Part shown: in pieces, positions 26,738 through 32,000 of the stretch
Position numbering within the stretch: position 1 is the first letter of the stretch
Layout: the number at the start of each line of letters is the position of its first letter
Assembly (NCBI RefSeq): GCF_000008645.1
Contig: NC_000916.1
Span: forward strand, 240,001 to 272,000
Length of the DNA stretch: 32,000 bases
Direction: 5' to 3'
Source: Methanothermobacter thermautotrophicus str. Delta H
Lineage (GTDB): Archaea > Methanobacteriota > Methanobacteria > Methanobacteriales > Methanothermobacteraceae
Position numbers and translations under genes: made by a program
Notes under the pieces: generated by a model
Told to the model about the DNA's origin: nothing
The model's database searches: none
What the model saw: only the letters and a program-made list of their open reading frames with translations

Positions 26738-27403
26738 GTGACCTTTCTGATTCCAGCATATAATGAGGAAAAATCAATAGGGCCCCTTATTGACAGGATA
26801 AAAATGCTTTGTCCTGACTCAGAGATCATCGTGGTTGATAATAATTCCTCTGACAGGACCTCTGAGATTGCTACTTCCCGTGGCGTGAGGGTCATCTTTG
26901 AGGGAAAGCAGGGAAAGGCCAATGCCATGGTTGCAGCCTTCAGGAATACCCGTACTGAATACGCGGTTATGATGGACGCGGATTTAACATATCTACCCGA
27001 TGACTCCAGGGTCCTTGTTGAGGTCCTCAAAGCCGAAGGTGCGGATGTCGTCCTTGGATCCAGATTAAATGGTGAAAAGGAGGATGGTGCGATATCCCGC
27101 ATAAACACTGTCGGGAATCATATACTGAGTTTCACAGCATCCATCCTCTACAGCCCTGTGAGTGATGTGTGCACCGGGCACTGGGCCTTCAATAGGAGAG
27201 CAATACGTCACATTCTTGAGGAGGGTCTCAATTATTCGGGTTTTGAACTTGAGGCTGAGATGTTCTCAAAACTTGCCAGGGCAGGTCTCAAGATAGTTGA
27301 GGTCCCCATAACCTACAGGAAGAGGTCTGATGAACCCAAACTCTCATCATTCACTGATGGCTTCAAGATATTCAGGACACTTGTACTTGAGAGGTTGAGG
27401 TAG
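26738..27403 (+). CDS. Family-2 glycosyltransferase (dolichyl-phosphate sugar synthase-like)
   Basis: 221 aa. GTG is the only start codon after the in-frame TGA at 26717. 'FLIPAYNEEKSIGPLIDRI', 'IIVVDNNSSDRTSEIA', 'MDADLTY' (DxD). Confidence 0.8.
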   Translation: MTFLIPAYNEEKSIGPLIDRIKMLCPDSEIIVVDNNSSDRTSEIATSRGVRVIFEGKQGKANAMVAAFRNTRTEYAVMMDADLTYLPDDSRVLVEVLKAEGADVVLGSRLNGEKEDGAISRINTVGNHILSFTASILYSPVSDVCTGHWAFNRRAIRHILEEGLNYSGFELEAEMFSKLARAGLKIVEVPITYRKRSDEPKLSSFTDGFKIFRTLVLERLR

Positions 27404-27597
27404 GGATTAAAATAGCATCATTTATAAAGGTATAAACTACAGGAAAGCACCTAAGATTCAAATTAGCCAATAGATTTCAAGAGAGCCTCTGAAAAACCTT
27501 AAGATCATAATTACCTTCTCAAATGTGGAGAGGAGGTCAAAACCCCTCCTTCAGATGGCTGGAGACACGTAGAGTACATGTTGAAGAGGAAGATCTG

Positions 27598-28725
27598 ATG
27601 AGAATAGCATTTGTTTATGATGGTGCCTATCCATGGATCAAGGGCGGTGTGGAAAAGAGGGTCTATGAGATTGGAAGAAGGCTCGCTGAGAGGGGACATG
27701 ATGTCCACTGGTACTGTGTGGGGTGGTGGCTGCCAGATAATGGGGAAAGAACCATTGAGATTGATGGTATAAAATACCATGCAGTCTGTGAACCACTTGA
27801 AATATATGTGAATGGCAGAAGATCAATAAAGGCAGCCATCAAATTTTCCATAAGTCTAACAAGACCTCTTTTAAGGGAGAAATTTGATATCATAGACTGT
27901 CAGCAGTTTCCATATTTTTCATGTTTTTCTGCAAAATTGGCTTCATTAGTTAATAAATCCTCCCTCATCATAACAGTTCTGGAGTACTGGGGGGACTACT
28001 GGTATGAGTATCTTGGCAAGGTTGGGATTTTTGGTAAAATCGTAGAGAGGTTGACTTTCAATTTAACATCAGATTACATAACTATATCCTCCCATGTTAG
28101 GAACTATCTGAGCTTTTGTAAGGATTCCATACACATTGTGCCTGATGGAGTTCCCTTCAATAAAATAAGAAAAATTAAACCTTCTTCTGAGAAAGCAAAT
28201 TTGATCTTTGTTGGACGTCTAATTAAGCACAAAAACGTGGATGTGCTCTTAAAGGCACTTCATTTACTCAGAGACGACGGATTTAAGCTAACGTGTATTA
28301 TAATTGGTGATGGTCCTGAAAAGGAAAACCTGATGAAAATCACGAGAGATCTTGGTCTTGAAGCCCAGGTCAAGTTCATGGGTAGAGTTCCCTCTGATGA
28401 TGAAGTATATAAGTATATGAAATCTTGTAATATCTTTGTTTTTCCATCTTCAAGAGAAGGGGCTGGTTTGGTCACCTTAGAAGCAAATGCCGCTGGATTA
28501 CCTGTGATAACAACTAACCATAAACTTAATGCTAGCCGAGAACTTATCAACGGAAAAAATGGTGTTCTATTTAATCTAGATCCTCATGATCTGAAGGAAA
28601 AGATAATTTTAATAATGAATGAACATGAAAAATTAAGAAAAGACTGTATAAAATTCGCAGAGAGTTATAGCTGGGATAAAATTGCTGATTTAACTGAAAA
28701 TGTTTATTTAGAGGTTTTAAAATGA
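27598..28725 (+). CDS. GT4-family (group 1) glycosyltransferase
   Basis: The ORF is open from 27523, but the ATG at 27598 gives the typical 'MRIAFVYDGAYPWIKGGVEKRVYE' N-terminus. 'FPSSREGAGLVTLEANAAGLPVITT' is the E-x7-E region. Confidence 0.85.
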   Translation: MRIAFVYDGAYPWIKGGVEKRVYEIGRRLAERGHDVHWYCVGWWLPDNGERTIEIDGIKYHAVCEPLEIYVNGRRSIKAAIKFSISLTRPLLREKFDIIDCQQFPYFSCFSAKLASLVNKSSLIITVLEYWGDYWYEYLGKVGIFGKIVERLTFNLTSDYITISSHVRNYLSFCKDSIHIVPDGVPFNKIRKIKPSSEKANLIFVGRLIKHKNVDVLLKALHLLRDDGFKLTCIIIGDGPEKENLMKITRDLGLEAQVKFMGRVPSDDEVYKYMKSCNIFVFPSSREGAGLVTLEANAAGLPVITTNHKLNASRELINGKNGVLFNLDPHDLKEKIILIMNEHEKLRKDCIKFAESYSWDKIADLTENVYLEVLK

Positions 28726-29768
28726 AGAGTGCTTTGATTACAGGAATAACTGGTCAGGATGGGGCTTATCTGGCAAAATTTCTCTTGGAAAAGGGCTATG
28801 AGGTTTATGGAATTTACAGAAGGCTTTCAACTCCTAATTTCTGGAGACTTCAGTACCTTGAAATATTTGATAGAATTAATCTCGTACCCGCAGATCTGAC
28901 TGATGAGTTCTCACTTCTAGAATCACTTAAAATATCTGATGCAGATGAAGTATACCATCTTGCTGCACAGAGCTTTGTTGGAACATCATTCGAACAGCCT
29001 ACGAGTACAGCACATGTTACCGGTGTTGCTGTTACAAGCATGCTTGAAGCAATAAGACATTATAATCCCCATATAAGATTCTATCAAGCCTCAAGCAGTG
29101 AGATATATGGGGATGGTCACACCACAATCCTTAATGAAAACTCTCCATTTAAGCCATCGAGTCCCTATGCAGCTGCAAAACTTTATGGGTACTGGATGAC
29201 CAGAATCTACAGAGAAGGATACGACATTTTTGCTTGTAATGGAATACTCTTTAACCATGAAAGTCCGCTACGTGGCCTTGAGTTTGTCACAAGGAAAATT
29301 TCGAATACCGCTGCAAAAATAGCCCTTGGACTTGAAGATGAGCTCCTTCTCGGAAATCTTGATGCGAAGAGGGACTGGGGTTATGCACCTGATTATGTTG
29401 AGGCTATGCACATGATGCTCCAGCACAAAGAGCCTGATGACTTCGTAATAGCTACAGCAGAGACTCATACTGTTAGGGAGTTCTGTGAAAAAAGTTTCGA
29501 GGAACTTGGTCTCGACTGGCAGGATTATGTTAAAGTGGACAAGAGATTTTTCAGACCTCTTGATGTTAATTATCTCTGTGGTGATTACTCAAAGGCCAGA
29601 GAAAACCTTGGTTGGCAACCTAAAACCAAATTTGAAGAACTTGTGAAGATCATGGTTAGAGAGGATCTTGAAAGATGGGAAAGGTGGCAGAACGGAGAAA
29701 AATTCCCCTGGGACGCGTCAAATTATCCTGATGAAACAAAATTGATAACGAGGGCACTGAGATCATGA
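28722..29768 (+). CDS. gmd: GDP-mannose 4,6-dehydratase
   Basis: 'ALITGITGQDGAYLAKFLLEKGYEVYGIYRR', 'SSSEIYG', 'PYAAAKLYGYW' (YxxxK), 'GILFNHESPLRG'. The ATGA start/stop overlaps the upstream GT4. Confidence 0.9.
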   Translation: MKSALITGITGQDGAYLAKFLLEKGYEVYGIYRRLSTPNFWRLQYLEIFDRINLVPADLTDEFSLLESLKISDADEVYHLAAQSFVGTSFEQPTSTAHVTGVAVTSMLEAIRHYNPHIRFYQASSSEIYGDGHTTILNENSPFKPSSPYAAAKLYGYWMTRIYREGYDIFACNGILFNHESPLRGLEFVTRKISNTAAKIALGLEDELLLGNLDAKRDWGYAPDYVEAMHMMLQHKEPDDFVIATAETHTVREFCEKSFEELGLDWQDYVKVDKRFFRPLDVNYLCGDYSKARENLGWQPKTKFEELVKIMVREDLERWERWQNGEKFPWDASNYPDETKLITRALRS

Positions 29769-30856
29769 TACCTATTCTAGAACCATCTATTGGAAATGAA
29801 GAGTTAGAAAATGTCCTGGAAGCTCTAAAGAGCGGATGGATAAGTTCGAGGGGAGAATTTATAACTAAATTCGAGGAAAAATTTGCAAGATATCATGGCA
29901 TGGGCTTTGGGATAAGCACATCAAATGGGACAACAGCACTTCACCTTGCCCTTAAATCAGTTGGGATAAAAAAAGGAGATGAGGTTATTGTACCATCTTT
30001 AACCTTTGCAGCCACAGCAAATGCAGTCATATACTGTAATGCAAAACCTGTACTTGTAGATTCACATCCTGATTACTGGTGCATTGATCCATCAAGGATT
30101 GAGGAAAAAATAAATAAGAACACACGTGCGATAATACCTGTCCATCTTTATGGTCATCCATGTGATATGGGCTGGATTGGGGATATTGCCGATGAACATG
30201 GATTGATTATTATAGAGGATGCTGCGGAGGCCCACGGAGCAGAATACAGAGGGAAAAAGATCGGCACCTTCGGGGACGTGTCTTGTTTTTCATTTTATGG
30301 TAACAAAATAATAACCACTGGTGAAGGTGGAATGTGTCTTACTAATGATGAGGAGCTTGCTGAGAGAATGGCAGTGTTAAGGGATCATGGTATGAGACCG
30401 GAAAAGAGATACTGGCACGAGGAGGTTGGATTCAATTATAGGATGACTAATTTACAGGCTGCGGTGGGTGTTGCTCAATTAGAAAAAATTGATGGTTTTA
30501 TTAATAGAAAACGGGAAATAGCTGAGATATACAATAGAGGTCTTGCTGAATTACATGAAAATGAAGAATTAATGTTGCACCCAGAGATGTTATGGGCCAG
30601 ATCTGTATACTGGGTTTATTCGATTGTCCTTAAAAAAAGGAAGAACATGGATTTAATAAGGTACCTTAATTCTTGTGGGGTGGATACAAGACCATTTTTT
30701 TATCCTCTTAATTTAATGCCTCCCTATAAAGATGATTCCAGCTATCCTGTGGCAGAAAACCTCTCTTATGGTGGTCTGAGTCTTCCATCAAGTGTTGAAA
30801 TTGGAGATGAAGCCATAGAATACGTTGTTGATAGAGTAAGGGAGTTTTTTGAATGA
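29765..30856 (+). CDS. DegT/DnrJ/EryC1/StrS-family PLP aminotransferase, probable GDP-4-keto-6-deoxymannose aminotransferase (perosamine synthase-like)
   Basis: 363 aa. 'VSCFSFYGNKIITTGEGGM' holds the PLP-lysine region. The gene is translationally coupled to gmd by an ATGA overlap. Substrate is inferred from the gmd neighbour only. Confidence 0.8.
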   Translation: MIPILEPSIGNEELENVLEALKSGWISSRGEFITKFEEKFARYHGMGFGISTSNGTTALHLALKSVGIKKGDEVIVPSLTFAATANAVIYCNAKPVLVDSHPDYWCIDPSRIEEKINKNTRAIIPVHLYGHPCDMGWIGDIADEHGLIIIEDAAEAHGAEYRGKKIGTFGDVSCFSFYGNKIITTGEGGMCLTNDEELAERMAVLRDHGMRPEKRYWHEEVGFNYRMTNLQAAVGVAQLEKIDGFINRKREIAEIYNRGLAELHENEELMLHPEMLWARSVYWVYSIVLKKRKNMDLIRYLNSCGVDTRPFFYPLNLMPPYKDDSSYPVAENLSYGGLSLPSSVEIGDEAIEYVVDRVREFFE

Positions 30857-31974
30857 AAATAGCGTTTTTTCATCATACCATGGTCAGAGGTAGTGGAATA
30901 GATACTGTGATATGGGAACTTGCAAAAAGACTGAAAAAAGATCATGATGTGAGTATCTTCACATTTTTCAATGAATATGACAACCCCATTGTTAACACTA
31001 TCTCTATTCCATTCCATGAAAACCGTCTTGTTAATGCAGTTTTTGCACCAATCATACCTAGTTCTTATAGCTTCAGAAAAAAGGTTAAGGATTTTGATGT
31101 TGTAAACGTTCACCATTTCCCTGCCAACTTTTTTCCATTCTTTCCTACCAATATGGATACTCTCAATATCGTGACAGAATGGAGCGGTCCTCCTATGTGT
31201 TTACTTGAAAACATGAATTTCAATGAAAGATTATACATGAAATTAGCCCGCTTCATGAATAAATATGCTGCAAATCGTGCCGATGGGTTGTTAGCGCCAT
31301 GTAGTTTTGTTAAACAATGGATAATGGATAACTATGGTCTTAATTCCCATAAGATGTATCTGGATGGAATAAACTTTGATTATTTTGATTACAGAAATGA
31401 GTATAATAAACCTGATTTTGGAGGTCCTACCATACTTTACGTGGGGCGTATTGCACCAAACAAAAATATTGATCTTTTAATAGAATCCTTTGAAATCGTG
31501 AAAAAGGAATTTGATGATTCTAAACTTGTTATCGTGGGTCGCAAAACATTCCCTGCTTATTATCGGAAGCTTAAAAAAGTTATAAAAAACAAAAATCTCC
31601 AGGAGGATGTTATATTCACAGGAGAAGTTCCCTGGGGAGAATTACCAGATTATTATGCATCATGTGACGTTTATGCTACATGTTCATCGTGGGAGGGATT
31701 CCTCAGGGCCGAGGCTTTTGCAATGAAGAAACCCATGGTAGCATTTGATACGGGTGCAAATAGAGATACCATAAAGGACGGTATAAATGGATTTCTGGTT
31801 GAAAATGGAGATTATGTATCATTTGCAGAAGCTATAATAAAATTAATCGAGGATCCTACTTTAAATAAGCATATGGGTAATGAAGGATATAGATGGGCAC
31901 GTAAACATCTAGATTTTGATGTAATCTGCCAAAATTTCTCTAAATATCTTGAGGAGGAGATTTCTTGCAGATAA
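30853..31974 (+). CDS. GT4-family (group 1) glycosyltransferase
   Basis: 373 aa. 'ILYVGRIAPNKNIDLLIE', 'SSWEGFLRAEAFAMKKPMVAFD'. ATGA overlap with the aminotransferase gene. Confidence 0.85.
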   Translation: MKIAFFHHTMVRGSGIDTVIWELAKRLKKDHDVSIFTFFNEYDNPIVNTISIPFHENRLVNAVFAPIIPSSYSFRKKVKDFDVVNVHHFPANFFPFFPTNMDTLNIVTEWSGPPMCLLENMNFNERLYMKLARFMNKYAANRADGLLAPCSFVKQWIMDNYGLNSHKMYLDGINFDYFDYRNEYNKPDFGGPTILYVGRIAPNKNIDLLIESFEIVKKEFDDSKLVIVGRKTFPAYYRKLKKVIKNKNLQEDVIFTGEVPWGELPDYYASCDVYATCSSWEGFLRAEAFAMKKPMVAFDTGANRDTIKDGINGFLVENGDYVSFAEAIIKLIEDPTLNKHMGNEGYRWARKHLDFDVICQNFSKYLEEEISCR

Positions 31975-32000
31975 GGATGGTTAAAATGTCTGATGTATGG

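Noticed and set aside
27523-27597. 25-codon N-terminal extension of the first GT4 gene ('MWRGGQNPSFRWLETRRVHVEEEDL')
   Set aside because: The extension has no counterpart in GT4 N-termini. The ATG at 27598 gives the canonical 'MRIAFV...' start with a GAGGA-like ribosome-binding site upstream.
1-32000. tRNA, rRNA, transposase, integrase and IS inverted repeats
   Set aside because: I examined the intergenic regions (3893-4070, 10059-10206, 11410-11620, 15708-16055, 16278-17028, 17497-17969, 26530-26737, 27404-27597). I saw no T-loop (GTTCGAATC-like) or cloverleaf-compatible GC-rich segment, and no recombinase-like ORF.
31977-32000. ATG at 31977 may open another gene ('MVKMSDVW...')
   Set aside because: Only 8 codons are visible before the window ends, which is not enough to support a feature.

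Overview
This looks like an archaeal chromosome segment, probably from a Methanothermobacter-like member of the Methanobacteriales. That call is inference, based on AGG/AGA/ATA-rich codon usage, TTTATATA boxes about 25 nt upstream of starts, and a cmr1-cmr6-cas10-cmr4-cmr5-cmr3 order matching, as I recall it, the published type III-C exemplar from M. thermautotrophicus. From left to right the window holds: a HerA/DUF87 ATPase truncated at its 5' end by the window edge; a DUF1232 protein; a 735-aa protein built from four Zn-ribbon modules; and a tight three-gene operon (unassigned 237-aa protein, BrxD/DUF2791-like P-loop ATPase, Lhr-like DEIH helicase). I rank that operon as the best candidate for an undescribed defence-type system. 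Next come a MarR-MATE pair with a palindromic operator, an AT-rich GHKL-ATPase plus STAS-like (DUF4325) pair, and a frameshifted, secreted and membrane-anchored CobN-like giant gene. These are followed by decayed second copies of the MATE 3' end and of the DUF4325 gene, and a HicB/HicA pair whose toxin is frameshifted. The right part holds a type III-C CRISPR-Cas effector operon with no array (Cas10 has an HD domain but no GGDD) and a surface-glycan cluster: a GT2 with tandem in-frame stops, a GLCE-like C5-epimerase, GT2, GT4, gmd, a DegT-type aminotransferase and another GT4. I recognised no rRNA, tRNA, CRISPR array, transposase or integrase. Base composition is mosaic. Hand counts on a few 60-nt lines give roughly 50-60% GC in 1-10060 and high-30s to 40% in 10060-11620 and in the cas operon. 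Blocks 16600-24500 and 27400-32000 look similarly AT-rich by eye. All family assignments come from motif recognition by eye; no database search was run.
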